64,000 bases of DNA from Balanoglossus misakiensis. Lineage: Eukaryota; Animalia; Hemichordata. The notes beneath the pieces are model-generated. The model had not been told where the DNA came from and did no database searches. It was given only the letters and a program-made list of their open reading frames with translations. The DNA is taken from assembly GCA_040954595.2 (NCBI GenBank), contig CM082578.2:5066831-5130830 (forward strand), given 5' to 3'. Below are positions 63,960-64,000 of the stretch, in pieces. Position 1 is the stretch's first letter. Every line of letters starts with the position of its first letter. Both the position numbers and the translations under genes were made by a program.

Positions 63960-64000
63960 ATTTTAAGACGCATGTTGCTCACCTTACCGCCATCTTTGTG
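63960..64000 (-). promoter_or_regulatory. Probable MRPL2 first (5' UTR) exon end with YY1-type motif; TSS at or beyond the window edge
   Basis: The minus strand reads CACAAAGATGGCG GTAAG GTGAGC: a YY1 consensus AAGATGGCG followed by two tandem donor-like sites. A matching acceptor CTCATTCACAG| lies at 62614, 90 nt upstream of the MRPL2 ATG. Confidence 0.5.

Overview
Eukaryotic (metazoan) genomic DNA, roughly 40% GC by eye, with spliceosomal introns, many microsatellites and non-autonomous DNA transposons. The repeat style suggests a marine invertebrate, possibly a hemichordate or echinoderm (inference only). Three genes can be reconstructed by hand. (1) MFSD3 (+), join(48021..48031,48664..49595,52607..52754,54516..54631,55058..55356), 501 aa. 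(2) MRPL2 (-), convergent with MFSD3, coding exons 62523..62304, 61662..61414, 61102..60851, 60265..60114, 290 aa, with one GC-AG intron. (3) An unrecognised secreted protein (-), main exon 17295..16620. Its probable TATA/Inr promoter and non-coding first exon lie at about 31942..31808, and its probable last exon starts at 12619. It encodes a signal peptide, a cationic amphipathic 22-mer, an RRR site and an acidic FG-repeat region, and is the most novel item here. Other points of note: two apparently identical inverted 804-bp Harbinger-type MITEs in introns of the two convergent genes, an inverted TTAA-MITE pair in the probable MFSD3 3' UTR, strong over-representation of TACATGTA, TAGGCCTA and TGACGTCA, a CTCF-like site, and a drop in CpG over the housekeeping gene bodies. 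I found no prokaryotic system, CRISPR array, tRNA or rRNA. Most ORFs in the supplied track are spurious.
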